A DNA stretch of 64,000 nt from an uncultured Gemmatimonadales bacterium (lineage in GTDB: Bacteria; Gemmatimonadota; Gemmatimonadetes; Longimicrobiales; Gaopeijiaceae), in the NCBI GenBank assembly GCA_963823035.1, contig CAWGKG010000018.1:224001-288000 (forward strand), in the 5' to 3' direction. Shown here one piece after another: positions 50,524-62,022 of this stretch (the stretch's first letter is position 1; each line of letters begins with the position of its first letter). The notes beneath the pieces are model-generated. The model was not told where the DNA came from and did no database searches. It was given only the letters and a program-made list of their open reading frames with translations. Both the position numbers and the translations under genes were made by a program.

Positions 50524-52062
50524 CTACGGGGAATCCCGACGGTCGAGCGGCCGGAACTGGATGGCCTCGAGGGCGTGGCGCGGGCTCCACCTCATCCGCC
50601 CCCTCAAGATCGGCAATCGTGCGGGCGACCTTGAGCACGCGGTGGTAGGCGCGGGCCGAGAGCCCCTGCTGGTCGACCGCGCGTCGGAGCACCGAGGCGG
50701 CACGCCGGTGGATCCGCACGAAGCGGCGCAGGAGCGCCGCGTCCATCTGTCCGTTCGCGTGCACGCCGCACGCCCCGCCGAAGCGCCCCGCCTGGACGGC
50801 GCGTGCGCGGGCCACCCGCTCCCGCACCAGCGCCGTGGGCTCGCCGCGCGTCTCGTCCGCCAGTCGCTCGAAGGGCACCGCCGACACCTCGACGTGCAGG
50901 TCGAGTCGGTCCAGCAGGGGCCCGGAGACGCGCCCCCGATAGCGGGCCACCAGTCGCCGGATCGCACAGGCAGCGATCCGTGCCGTCCCCGTGGTAGCCG
51001 CACGGGCAGGGGTTCATCGCCCCCACCATGAGGAAACGCGCCGGGAAGCGCTCGGAGCCCCGCGCCCGGGCGAGACGCACGGTGCCGTCCTCGAGGGGTT
51101 GGCGGAGCACCTCGAGCACGTTGCGCCGGAACTCGGCCAGCTCGTCGAGGAAGAGCACGCCATGGTGGGCCAGGGAGATCTCCCCCGGGCGGATCGGGGT
51201 CCCGCCCCCGACCATCCCCGCGTCGCTGACCGTGTGATGGGGCGCGCGAAACGGCCGTGCCGTCACCACGGCCTCCCCGGCCGGGAGGCACCCCGCGACC
51301 GAGTGGACCCCCGTGGCCTCGAGCGCCTCCGCGAGCGTCAACGGGGGGAGGATCCCCGGAAGGCGGCGCGCCAGCATCGTCTTCCCCGATCCGGGCGGAC
51401 CGATCATGAGGACGTTGTGCGCCCCGGCCGCGGCGATCTCCAGGGCGCGCTTGGCCCCTTCCTGGCCCTTCACGTCGTGCAGGTCGGGCCCGCCCACCGC
51501 CGGGTCGGGAGAGCAGCGCGTCGACGTCCACGGTGACCGGAGCGAGCGCTCCGCTCCCCTCCAGGTGCGCCGCCACCTCCGCCAGGGAGCGCGCGCCGAA
51601 GACCGTGAGGCCGCCGACGACGCACGCCTCGCGTGCGTTGCCGGCCGGCACGATCAGGGCCCGCACGCCCGACCCGGCGCAGCGCGCCGCGCACGGGAGG
51701 ACGCCGCGCACGGGTCGCAGGGAGCCGTCGAGGCCCAGCTCTCCCAGGAAGGCGGTCCCCTCCAGGCGCTCCGGGTCGAGATGACCCCCGGCCGCGAGCA
51801 GCCCGACCGCAACGGGCAGATCGAAGGCGCTGCCGTCCTTGCGGACGTCCGCGGGGGCCAGGTTGACCGTGATCCGACGCGGCGGGATCGGGCGCCCGAC
51901 GTTGCGCAGCGCCGCGCCGACCCGCTCCCGCCCCTCGCGCACCGCGCCCTCCGCCAGCCCCACCACCGCGAAGGCGGGAAGCCCGGGCGCGAGGTTGACC
52001 TCGACCCGTACGAGGTAGGAGTCCACGCCGCGCACGGCGGCGGTGATGACGTGGGCGAGCAT
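50524..52062 (-). CDS. comM: YifB/ComM Mg-chelatase-like AAA+ ATPase (multiple frameshifts)
   Basis: [69 protein letters not shown]. Confidence 0.92.
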   Translation of the reverse strand: MLAHVITAAVRGVDSYLVRVEVNLAPGLPAFAVVGLAEGAVREGRERVGAALRNVGRPIPPRRITVNLAPADVRKDGSAFDLPVAVGLLAAGGHLDPERLEGTAFLGELGLDGSLRPVRGVLPCAARCAGSGVRALIVPAGNAREACVVGGLTVFGARSLAEVAAHLEGSGALAPVTVDVDALLSRPGGGRARPARREGPGRGQARPGDRRGRGAQRPHDRSARIGEDDAGAPPSGDPPPVDARGGARGHGGPLGRGVPPGRGGRGDGTAVSRAPSHGQRRGDGRGRDPDPPGGDLPGPPWRALPRRAGRVPAQRARGAPPTPRGRHRASRPGAGLRALPGAFPHGGGDEPLPVRLPRGRHGSLPVRSGDWWPAIGGASPGPCWTDSTCTSRCRRCPSSDWRTRRAASPRRWCGSGWPAHAPSRRGASAGRAACTRTDRWTRRSCAASCGSTGVPPRCSDARSTSRGSRPAPTTACSRSPARLPILRGRMRWSPRHALEAIQFRPLDRRDSP

Positions 52063-52310
52063 GGCGAACGCTCGGCCACCGCCCGGGGCGTCCGAATGGG
52101 CGCATGGGACCGCCCCACGGCCCCCGCCGGGCCGGGCTTCCCACCCGCGTCGCAGAGCCCCGAACGGGTGGTACCTCCGCCCCTCACCCACGTAGGGAAA
52201 TTCCCGCTTGTGTCCTCCCGCGCTCGCGGGTACCCTACGTTGCCGGTCGGAGAGCGGGTCCGGCCGGCTTCGTATTTTCCCGAGAATGAACCGACAAGTG
52301 GAGCGCGTCC

Positions 52311-53444
52311 ATGAAGGTCGCCGTCCTGAAGGAAACACGCCCCGGCGAGCATCGGGTGGCCCTGGTCCCGCAGGGCGCCCAGCAGCTCGTCAAGGCGGGT
52401 CTCGAGGTCGTGGTCGAGAGCGGTGCGGGGGCAGCCTCCAGCGCGTCCGACGAGGACTATCGGGCCGCCGGCGCCAGCATCGCCGCAACGGCGGCGGAGG
52501 CGCTCTCCGGCGCCGGCATGTGCCTGCACATCAATCCCCCGACCGCCGCGGAGGTGGCAGGGATGGGCGAGGGCACGATCCTCGTCTCGTTCCTGAGCCC
52601 GCTCACGGACCTCGACCTGGTCCGCAAGCTCGAGGCGCGGAAGGTCACCGGCATCTCGATGGAGATGGTGCCGCGCATCACCCGGGCGCAGTCGATGGAC
52701 GCGCTCTCCTCCCAGGCCACGGTGGCCGGCTACAAGGCCGTGCTCATGGCGGCCGATCAACTTCCGAAGTTCCTTCCGATGTTCACGACGGCCGCCGGCA
52801 CGATCCGCCCGGCCAAGGCGCTCATTCTGGGCGCCGGCGTGGCGGGGCTGCAGGCCATCGCCACCGCCCGACGGCTCGGCGCGGTCGTGGAGGCGTTCGA
52901 CGTGCGCCCCGCGGTGAAGGAGCAGGTGCAGAGCCTGGGCGCCAAGTTCCTCGAGACCGAGTCGGACGTGACGGCCGAGGGCGAAGGCGGCTACGCGAAG
53001 GAGCTTTCCGAGGAGCAGCACAAGAAGGAGCTCGAGCTCCTCGCGGTGCACATCGCCGATGCGGACATCGTGATCACCACCGCGCAGATCCCGGGCCGCA
53101 AGGCGCCGGTGCTCATCACGGCGGACATGGTGAAGTCCATGAAGGTGGGCTCGGTGATCGTGGATCTCGCCGCCGAGACCGGCGGCAACTGCGAGCTCAC
53201 CAAGGCGGACGAGACCACCGTCACCCACGGCGTCACGATCCTGGCCCCCCTGAACATCTCCGCCAGCCTCCCGGTCCACGCCAGCCAGATGTACTCCAAG
53301 AACATCGTCACGCTGGTGAGCGAGTTCGTGGACAAGGAGGGCAACGTGGGTCTCGACTTCGAGAACGACGTGGTGGGGCCCTCCACGGTCACGCACGGCG
53401 GCGCGGTCGTGAACGACCGGGTCAAACAGGCCCTGGGCGCGTGA
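52311..53444 (+). CDS. pntAA: NAD(P) transhydrogenase subunit alpha part 1
   Basis: RITRAQSMDALSSQ, GAGVAGLQAI, GGYAK, GGNCELT. Confidence 0.96.
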   Translation: MKVAVLKETRPGEHRVALVPQGAQQLVKAGLEVVVESGAGAASSASDEDYRAAGASIAATAAEALSGAGMCLHINPPTAAEVAGMGEGTILVSFLSPLTDLDLVRKLEARKVTGISMEMVPRITRAQSMDALSSQATVAGYKAVLMAADQLPKFLPMFTTAAGTIRPAKALILGAGVAGLQAIATARRLGAVVEAFDVRPAVKEQVQSLGAKFLETESDVTAEGEGGYAKELSEEQHKKELELLAVHIADADIVITTAQIPGRKAPVLITADMVKSMKVGSVIVDLAAETGGNCELTKADETTVTHGVTILAPLNISASLPVHASQMYSKNIVTLVSEFVDKEGNVGLDFENDVVGPSTVTHGGAVVNDRVKQALGA

Positions 53445-53502
53445 GCGCTCCCCTGCCCTGCGAAGAATCCAGAACGCGAACGCCCTACTCCGAGGAGAAC
53501 CC

Positions 53503-53781
53503 ATGGGCGAGTTGATGATCGGACTCTATGTGTTCACCCTGGCGACCCTCACGGGCCGCGAGGTGATCACCAAGGTCCCCCCCACCCTCCACACGCCCCT
53601 GATGTCGGGCGCCAACGCGATCTCGGGCATCTCGATCGTGGGCGCGCTCGTCGTGGCGGGGCGTGCCGAGGGCACCTTGCAGATCGTGCTCGGCGTCGCG
53701 GCCATCGCGATGGCCACGATCAATGTGATCGGCGGCTTCATGGTCACCGATCGCATGCTCGCGATGTTCAGGAAGCGATAG
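53503..53781 (+). CDS. pntAB: NAD(P) transhydrogenase subunit alpha part 2
   Basis: VPPTLHTPLMSGANAISG, GGFMVTDRML. Confidence 0.96.
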   Translation: MGELMIGLYVFTLATLTGREVITKVPPTLHTPLMSGANAISGISIVGALVVAGRAEGTLQIVLGVAAIAMATINVIGGFMVTDRMLAMFRKR

Positions 53782-53791
53782 GAGACTCGAC

Positions 53792-55181
53792 ATGAACCAG
53801 GAAACCTTGGTCGAGCTGACCTATCTCATCTCTGCGATCCTCTTCGTCGTCGGGCTCAAGCGGCTCCAGTCGCCGGCGACGGCCCGGCGGGGCAACGCCA
53901 TCGCCGCCGTCGCCATGGCTGCTCGCCATCGTGGCGACGATGGTCGACAACGAGATCCTGTCGTGGACGGAGATCCTGATCGGCGTCGCGATCGGCGGCA
54001 TCGCGGGCGGGCTCTCGGCGCGGATGGTCAAGATGACCGCCATGCCGGAGATGGTCGGTCTCTTCAACGGCTTCGGCGGCGGCGCCTCCGCGCTGGTCGC
54101 GATCGCGGAGTACCTGAACTCCGGCGCCAGCACGGGCACCGGGACGTACGGCGTGAGCATCATGCTCGGCACGTTCATCGGCGGCGTGACGTTCTCCGGA
54201 TCGATGATCGCCTTCCTGAAGCTCAAGGAGTGGATGACCGGCAACCCGATCACCTACCCGGGCCAGAAGACGCTGAACGCCCTGATGTTCCTCGGCGTGA
54301 TCGTCTTGAGCGTGATGGCGATGGGGGTGGGCGGCGCCGAGCCCGTCACGATGTTCTGGATCATGCTGGCGCTGTCGCTCGTCCTGGGCGTCACGCTGAC
54401 GATCCCGATCGGCGGCGCCGACATGCCGGTCGTCATCTCCCTGCTGAACTCGTACTCGGGTCTGGCGGCGGCCGCGGCGGGCTTCGTGATCATGAACATG
54501 GTGCTGATCGTCTCGGGCGCCCTGGTCGGCGCGTCGGGGCTGATCCTCACGATGATCATGTGCAAGGGGATGAACCGCTCGCTCACGAACGTCATGTTCG
54601 GGGCCTTCGGAGGCACGGCCAACATCGACAAGAGCCAGATCGGCAAGCGGCCGGTGAAGCGCGCGGACGCCGAGTCCGTGGCGATGGAGCTCGGCTACGC
54701 CCATTCGGTCGTCATCGTGCCGGGCTACGGCCTCGCGGTCGCCCAGGCGCAGCACGAGCTGCGCAAGGTCGGTGATCTGCTCGAAGCACGCGGCGTGGAC
54801 GTGAAGTACGCGGTGCACCCGGTGGCCGGACGCATGCCGGGTCACATGAACGTCCTGCTCGCCGAGGCCGACGTCCCCTACGACCGGCTCTTCGACCTCG
54901 ACGAGATCAACGACGACTTCGAGAACACGGACGCGGTGCTCATCGTGGGCGCCAACGACGTCTGCAACCCGGCGGCGCGCAACCCCGACTCCGTCATCGC
55001 GGGGATGCCGATCCTGGACGTGGACAAGGCGCGTCGGACGATCGTCATGAAGCGTTCGCTGTCACCGGGCTTCGCCGGCATCGACAACGACCTCTTCTAC
55101 AACGACAACAACCTGATGTTCTTCGGGGACGCCAAGCAGTCCATGGCCGACCTGGTGAAGGCGGTCCGCGAACTGGCGTAA
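53792..55181 (+). CDS. pntB: NAD(P) transhydrogenase subunit beta (frameshift near 53920)
   Basis: MTAMPEMV, GGADMPVVISLLNSYSG, PGYGLAVAQAQH, HPVAGRMPGHMNVLLAE. Confidence 0.95.
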
Positions 55182-55202
55182 ACGCCGCGCAGCGGGTCCT
55201 TT

Positions 55203-55238
55203 GAAGGCCGGCGTGGGCGTGCGTCCACGCCGGCCTTC
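55203..55238 (+). terminator. GC-rich hairpin after pntB
   Basis: Perfect 14-bp stem GAAGGCCGGCGTGG/CCACGCCGGCCTTC; no clear U-tract. Confidence 0.5.
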
Positions 55239-55257
55239 GCCTTGTCGCGCAGGAGGG

Positions 55258-55712
55258 GTCGTGGACCCTGCGGATTGGAAGTCCGGCCTGAGGACCATGA
55301 CCGTCGTCTGGCTGGCGCTCATGATGGGTGTGGCGGTCTACGCCGGAGTGACGTACGTCCTGGTGCAGATCCTGGGCGTGCGCGTCCAGGGGGCGGAGGC
55401 CCGGCGGTCTCCGGGATGCTCACCTGGGCGGCATCGGCGGCCGCGCTCGTGCTGGGCGCGGGCATGGTCGTGTCACGGCGCGCGGAGGAGGTCGGGGATC
55501 GGTCGATGCCCCCGGATCGGCAGGTCGCGCGCTACTTCACCATGAAGCTGGTCGGCCTGGCCATCCAGGAGGGTGCCGGCTTCCTCGTGATCACGCTCAG
55601 CCTCATCGCCGGCGACGGGCTGTGGGCGGTGGTGGCCGCCGTCGCGACCCTCGGCGTCATGTCGCTCTCGGGGCCCCGGGAGGAGCACCTCGAACGCTTC
55701 CGGAAGCCCTGA
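55258..55712 (+). CDS. Hypothetical 4-TM membrane protein (frameshift near 55395; start approximate)
   Basis: Hydrophobic helices continue across two frames; GGAGG RBS. Confidence 0.55.
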
Positions 55713-55732
55713 GGCGCGCTGCGGGATCTTCG

Positions 55733-57180
55733 TCAGAGGCCCGCGGCCGGCCTCGCGCAGGCGCGCCCAGGCGCGCTCGACGTGTGCGCGCTCGGTCTTG
55801 AGGTTGCCGATCGCGAAGCGGATGACCAGCCGCCCGTTCAGCCGGGTCGGCCCGACGAACGCCTCCCCGGAGGCGTTCACCCGGTCGATGATCGCTTCGT
55901 TCAGGCGATCCACCTCTTCCCCGTCGACGCCCTCGGGCGCCCAGCGGAAGACCACCAGGGCGAGCGGTACCGGAGCCACCCGCTCCCACCCTTCGGCGGC
56001 GTCGATCCAGCGCGGCCAGCTCCCGCGCCAGCTCCACGTGCCCGCGGATGCGCGCCACGATGCCCTCGCGCCCGAAGGCGCGCAGCACGAACCAGAGCTT
56101 GAGGGCGCGGAAGCGCCGGCCGAGCGCCACACCGTAGTCCATGAGGTTGCGGACCTCGCCCTGCTCGGGCATCCGCAGGTAGGCCGGGATCAGCGAGAAG
56201 GCGCGCACCAACAACTCGGGGTGCCGGCAGTAGAGCACCGAGCAGTCCACCGGCGTGAACAGCCACTTGTGGGGGTTGATGACGATCGAGTCGGCCTCCT
56301 CCCACCCCGCGAAGCCCGGCCGCAGCTCCGGCACGATCGCCGCCGGGCCTCCGTAGGCCGCGTCCACGTGGATCCAGGCTCCGTGCTCCCGGGCGATCGG
56401 CACGATCTCCGCGACCGGGTCCAGCGAGGTGGTCGAGGTGGTGCCCAGCGTCGGCACCACCGCCACCGGCACGATGCCGGCGGCCACGTCCTCCTCGAGC
56501 GCCGCGCGCAGCGCGTCGGGCCGCATGCGGAAGGCGTCGTCCGTGGGGATCGGGCGGTAGCCCACCTTCCCGAACCCGAGCGCCAGCACCGACTTCTCGA
56601 CGGAGGAGTGCGTGTGCTCGGACGCGTACACACGACCCGGGCGCCGGCCCCACAGCCCCTCGGTGCGCGAGGTCGGATAGGCCCGCTCGCGCGCCGCGGC
56701 CAGGGCGTACATCGTCGAGGTCGAGGCGGTGTCGTTGATCGTTCCCTCGAACGCCTCGGGGAGCCCCACGAGCTGGCGGAGCCAGTCGAGGGTGACCTCC
56801 TCGAGCTCGGTCGCCGCGGGCGAGCTCCGCCACACCATCGCGTTCACGTTCAGCGCGGCGGCGATCATCTCGCCGAGGATACCCGGCGCCGATCCGGTGA
56901 TCGCGAAGAAGGCGAAGAAGGAAGGGTGGTTCCAGTGCGTGATCCCCGGGAGAACGATCTCGCGGAAGTCCGCGAGCGCGTCGTCGAGGGACTCCGCGCC
57001 ATCGGGGGGCGCGGCCGGCAGGGCGCGGCGAATGTCGCCCGGCACGAGGTGGCTGGGGAGCACCGGGAGGTCGCCCACACCCTCCAGGTAGTCGGCCATC
57101 CAGTCGACGACCTCGTGCGCGAGCCGGCGGAACTCGTCCGGCGGGAGGTCTCCGTGGTGTCGTGGGCGCGCTCGTGCTCA
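55733..57180 (-). CDS. Group II PLP-dependent (aromatic L-amino acid-like) decarboxylase (frameshifted; ends approximate)
   Basis: ITHWNHPSFFAFF, SPAATELE, HSSVEK, HVDAAY, NPHKW, LGRRFRALKLW. Confidence 0.9.
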
Positions 57181-57858
57181 GCGCTCCGGGGACGCGCCGT
57201 CCCGCTCGACGTCCGGTCCGGGGACCTCGGTGCCGGGGAGGTGGCCGAGGATCTCGCACAGGTCGGCGCGGATCCCGTCGAGCTGACTACGCAGCTCGGT
57301 GAGGAGCTCCCCGGTCGGAGGCGCGTCGGGGATGCCCGAGCCCTCGAACAGCCAGAAGAACATCGCGTCCGTGTGGCCCACGCTCGCGTGCGTCACGCCG
57401 GTGTCGACCGCGCGGTTGAGGCGCAGGACCTCGCGCAGCGACAGGCGCGTGCGCCCGCCGACGGGGGGATCCTGGTAGAGGAGCCGGATCACGGCCTCCC
57501 GCAGGAGCTGCATCTCCTCGATGACCTCTCCCGCCGCCAGCCCGCGGCGCGCCGCGACGGCGCCGAACAGCTCGCTGGCGCGGATCCAGACGGGCTCGAC
57601 CTGGTCGCGATGCGGACCCAGGAGGGCCGGGAGGAAGCCGGCCAGGAGCGTCAGGAACTCCTCGAGGAGGCCGTTCACCCCCTGGGAGGAGTCGTAGCGG
57701 CTCAGGATCTCGCGGTGCCACCGGTGAACCAGGCGCGGCAAGCGTTGCTCCACCCACGCCGCGAACTCGGCGGGGCTCACCTTGCGCGAGGAGCGATCGG
57801 ATCTCGGGAACGAAGGAAAGGGCGGTCTTGAGGGAGGCTCGGCCGCGATATTCCGCAT
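57178..57858 (-). CDS. Hypothetical all-alpha protein (RsbRD-N/globin-like sensor fold possible)
   Basis: Helical pattern FG..AARRGL..GEVIEE.QLLRE; co-oriented between the kinase and the decarboxylase. Confidence 0.55.
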   Translation of the reverse strand: MRNIAAEPPSRPPFPSFPRSDRSSRKVSPAEFAAWVEQRLPRLVHRWHREILSRYDSSQGVNGLLEEFLTLLAGFLPALLGPHRDQVEPVWIRASELFGAVAARRGLAAGEVIEEMQLLREAVIRLLYQDPPVGGRTRLSLREVLRLNRAVDTGVTHASVGHTDAMFFWLFEGSGIPDAPPTGELLTELRSQLDGIRADLCEILGHLPGTEVPGPDVERDGASPER

Positions 57859-57940
57859 GTCCGCCTGGGTTGGATTCGTCGTCTTCCGGGGACCTTCCGA
57901 GCGCCGCCGGGGAAGCCGGAGGCGGAGGTCGGCACCGACC

Positions 57941-60900
57941 TCAAAGATGCCGGATCGACGAAGGTGCGTCGCCACCCCTTTCGCTTCGGGCCGGGCTACG
58001 GCGCGCTCCCATCCACGCCAGCAGCCTCACGGTGACCGTGGTCCCCTCGCCGACCGAGCTCTCGAGGCCCACCTCCCCGCCCCACGACTGCACCAGGCGG
58101 CGCACGATCGGCAGCCCGAGACCGGTCCCGGTGGACCGCGTGCTGAAGTGCGGCTCGAAGACCTTCGCCACGAGGGGATCGGGGATGCCCGCGCCGTCGT
58201 CCGTCACACGCAGGAGGAGCCCCTCGTCGCCGTCGCGCAGCACCTCGACGCGCACCGACCCGCCCGCCGCGCAAGCCACGCGCGCGTTCTCGAGGAGGTT
58301 CACGAGGACCTCCTTCAGCTCGGGCACCCGCGCCTGCACGGCGGGGAGCCCGGCCTCGATCTCGCGACGGAAGCGGACCGCGCCCTCCGACGTCTCGTAC
58401 AGCGTCAGCACCTCGTCGACGACCGACGCGAGATCGACGGCCGCCAGGGGCACCGCGTCGTATTCGGCGGGCGCGCCGAAGCGCGAGAAGGTCTTGGCGA
58501 TGGCGGCGAGCCGGTCGATCTCCTTGAGCATCGCGTCCGCGTTGCGCCCGAGGATGTCGCCGAAGTCGGGGCGGCGGTCGTCCCACGCCCGCCGGATGTG
58601 CTGAACGCTGAGCTTGATCGGCGTCAGGGGGTTCTTCACCTCGTGCGCGACCTGCCGGGCCATCTCGCCCCACGCGAGCACGCGCTCCGTGCGCAGCTCG
58701 TCGGTCACGTCCTCGAGCGCCACCACCGTGCCACCGCGGGCGGCGGCCGTGCCCAGCCGACGCGCCCGGACCCGCACCCTGCGCGAGCCCGAATGCAGCT
58801 CGGCGTTCGCCTCCTCCTCCTCTCCCTCCACGAAATCCCGTAGCCAGGAAGCCAGCGCCTCGCCCAGCATGCCGATGGGCGGAAGCGGCGCGCCCACCTT
58901 CACGTCCACCTCGAGCAGCCCGATGGCGCGCGGGTTCACCAAGGTGACGCGGCCGGACGCGTCGAGCGCCATCATGCCGACCGCCGCCTCCTCCATGATC
59001 GCCTCCGTCCGGCGCGTCGTGCGCACCAGCTGGCGGCGGGCGCGCCTCAGGCGCGCCACCATCCGGTTGAACGCCCGGAACACGGCGCCGAACTCGTCGG
59101 CGCGGTCCGACGGGAGACGGAGGCCGAGGTTGCCGCCGCCCACGCGCTCGGAGGCCACCTGGAGCGCGTGGATGGGTTGGGTCAGCGCCCGCCCCACCAG
59201 GAGCGCGAGGCCGAGCGAGAGCGCCGCCCCGACCACCACCACGAAGGCGAGCAGCTCCACGACGTCCGCCGAGCGGATGGCGGACGCCCCGGCCTGCAGC
59301 GGGACCTGGGCCGCCAGCACGTCATCGTCCGGGAGGCGACGATACGACGTCACGTACTGCCAACCGCCGAGGCGTGTCTCGGTGGATTCGCGCACGTCCT
59401 CCCGGCCGCCCAGGCGGCGGAATACGGGCATGGGCACCCATCCCTCGTAGAGGCCGAGCTCCACCAGCTCCTCGACCGAGCCTTCCCGCAGCTCGCCACC
59501 CCGGTATTCGAGCAGCTCCACGCCCACGCGCCGGGAGAGCGCCTGCATCCGCCCGCCCATCTCGATGTACCACCCCGCCGCGTCCTCGGCCACGCGGTCG
59601 GCCAACACCTGCGCGGCGCGGTGCGACGCGTCCGCGATGCTCCGGTAGGCCAGCGTGCCGAAGATCGCGTTGGCCAGCACGAAGAAGCCGAAGAGCGCGA
59701 GGGTGACGCGCGCCCTGAAGGAGATCATGAGCCGCCCCCAGCTCAGGTCCTTCGGGAGCGCGTCCCGCACGAACCCCCGCCCTCCGGCCCGGAAGGCCAG
59801 GAAGATCAGCATGTCCGCCAGGAGGAGCAGCGTGGCGCGTGCGGTGGCCAGCCACGCGCCCGGAAGCGGGACGGCGTAGTGGGCGTCGACCGCACCGTTG
59901 GAGTAGCGGAGTGCTCGCTCCGCCCGCCATCCGTCCTCGGAGCGGACCCAGCGCAGACCCGTCGACTCCGCCGATGTCCCCTTCCTGCACGGTGATGATC
60001 GTGAGGGGAGGAGGCTCCCGCGTGGCCCCGCCGGCCAGGAGGGGGCTGAGCGGCGCCCCGGCCAGGGGGTCCGCGAAGGGAGGCGCGGCCGCCGTGAGGA
60101 TCTCGCCCGACTTGAGCGTCACGCGCAGCACGTAGCGGGCGTCGTCGCGGTCGTAGCGCAGCACCCGGATCCCGGGAGCCGGACCCGGATCCTCCTGGAC
60201 CTCGTAGGCCACCACGGGCCGGACGGCCACACCGACACGGAGCTCCTCCTCGGGGATCCCGGCCGAGGACCACAACGTCAGCCAGGCGGGCTCCCCCAGC
60301 TCGGCCAGCCCGCTCTCCCGCCAGGCGCCGTAGAGGAGATCGACCCCCCGTTCTCCCGACTCCGAGAGGGAGTCGGCCGCCCGTCCCAGGCGGAAGAGCG
60401 CACGCTCGAGGGTGGGGTCCTCGGGCGCGGCGAGCCGGTCGAGATAGGCGCTCGCCCGGGCCAGGCGGGCGTCGACGCGCGCGCCCCACGCCGACGGGAT
60501 GGAGACGCTCAAGGCGATCGAGCCCCGCGAGCACCCAGGAGGCGAGGCTCGGCTGCCACCCGGGCCTCGCCCCCATGGACGCCGCGCCGAGCGCCACCGG
60601 CACGCCCCAGAGCGCTGGCCACCACGGGGGGATCCCCCCGACCACCCGGACGAACGCCACGCTGGCGACGCCGAGCAGCGCACCGATCAGAACTGCGGCG
60701 ACGCCCCACATCGGCCGCTCGGCCCTGGCGGGCGCCAGCACGAGCAGCGTGCCGGTGAGAACGATCAGGAGCACGCCGAGCGTCCCCTGGAAGACGATCC
60801 ACAGCATCTCCCCCTCCGCGAGCGCACCGGCCGCCGCTCCGCGGGAGACCCATCCCACGAGGAGGGGGATCGCGACGGCTGCGACGATGCCGGCCAGCGC

Positions 60901-62022
60901 GGGAGGCAGGCGCCGCCGCGGTCGGGGGAGCACCGCCACCAGCGTGACACCCGCGAGCGCGAGCGCCGCGAGCCGACCCAGCGAAAGGGGCAGCCCGGGA
61001 AGCCGGAATCGGTCCCCGTCGAAGAGGAGCGCGAGGGGTCCGAGCAGATGGAAGGGGAGCGCGCCCGCCAGGACGACCAGCGCGGTCGCGGCCACCGCGC
61101 CGGAGGCCACCCGCGGCAGCCCTCCCGCAGCCAGGAGCAGCCAGGACGCCAAGGCCAGCGCGCCCACGACCAGGCGCCATCGCTCCAGGATCTCCCGCGT
61201 GCGCACGGAGCGCTCGGGCGGCTCCAGCACGACGCTCAGGAGCGTACGGTCCCCGAGCGTCAGGTCCCATCCCCCCTCCTCCACCCCGGCCTCGGGGCGG
61301 ACGATGCGCACGCTCTCGCCGACCTCGTCGCGGAACTGCGCCGCGAAGTCGCCGGCATCCGCGCCCATGGGGCCGGGGAGGTCCGTGCGCAGGAGGATGG
61401 CGGCCATCGCCGTACCCTGGTCCATCGCGGGCGCCGTGACGTACAGGTAGCCGAACAGGGAGAGGTCTCCGTACCAGTAGCGGCGGAGCCCGCGCTGGAC
61501 CTCCTCCGGCACCCGACCGCGGTGGCTTCCGTCCCAGACGCGCAGGTCCCCCGACGGCCCGAAGAGCGCCAGGGCGGTCACGCCGTAGCGTCGGCGCAGC
61601 CGGCGCACGGTCTCCACCAGTCCGTCGGGATCGTCGAAGGCCGCCTGGCCGAGCTCGTCGGCAGCGGCCTCCGCGGCCTGGAGGCGGCCCTCCAACTCGC
61701 GGCCGAGCCGCTCTCCCACCACCGTCTCCCGCTGGTGCCAATACGCCTCCCACTGGCCGGAGACCCTCCCCACCTGGCGGTGGCCGAGGAACCCCGCGAG
61801 GATGCCACCCACGAGCACGATGGCGCCGAGCGCACCGGCGAGCGTTCGCTTCCGTCCCCAGAACACCCCGGCGAGGAAGCCGGCGGAGGCGACCACCAGG
61901 GTCGCCCCACCCGGCGACGCCGCCCAGATTCCCAGGGCCGCCACGCCGAGCCACGGCCCCAGCCAGCCGGCAGCGTCTGCCGCCTGGCTCCACGAACGGG
62001 AGGATCCTGCGTGTGAGGTCAT
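57941..62022 (-). CDS. Very large multi-TM sensor histidine kinase, NtrY-like C-terminus (HAMP-PAS-HisKA-HATPase; frameshifts near 60530 and 59900-59960)
   Basis: DEFG..FNRM, WGEMARQVAHEVKNPLTPI, NLLENA, DDGAG, FSTRSTGTGLGL. Confidence 0.85.

Noticed and set aside
55733..57180. Shared tyrosine pathway linking the decarboxylase with the TPL-like fusion
   Set aside because: The genes are about 36 kb apart and separated by housekeeping operons; there is no evidence of linkage
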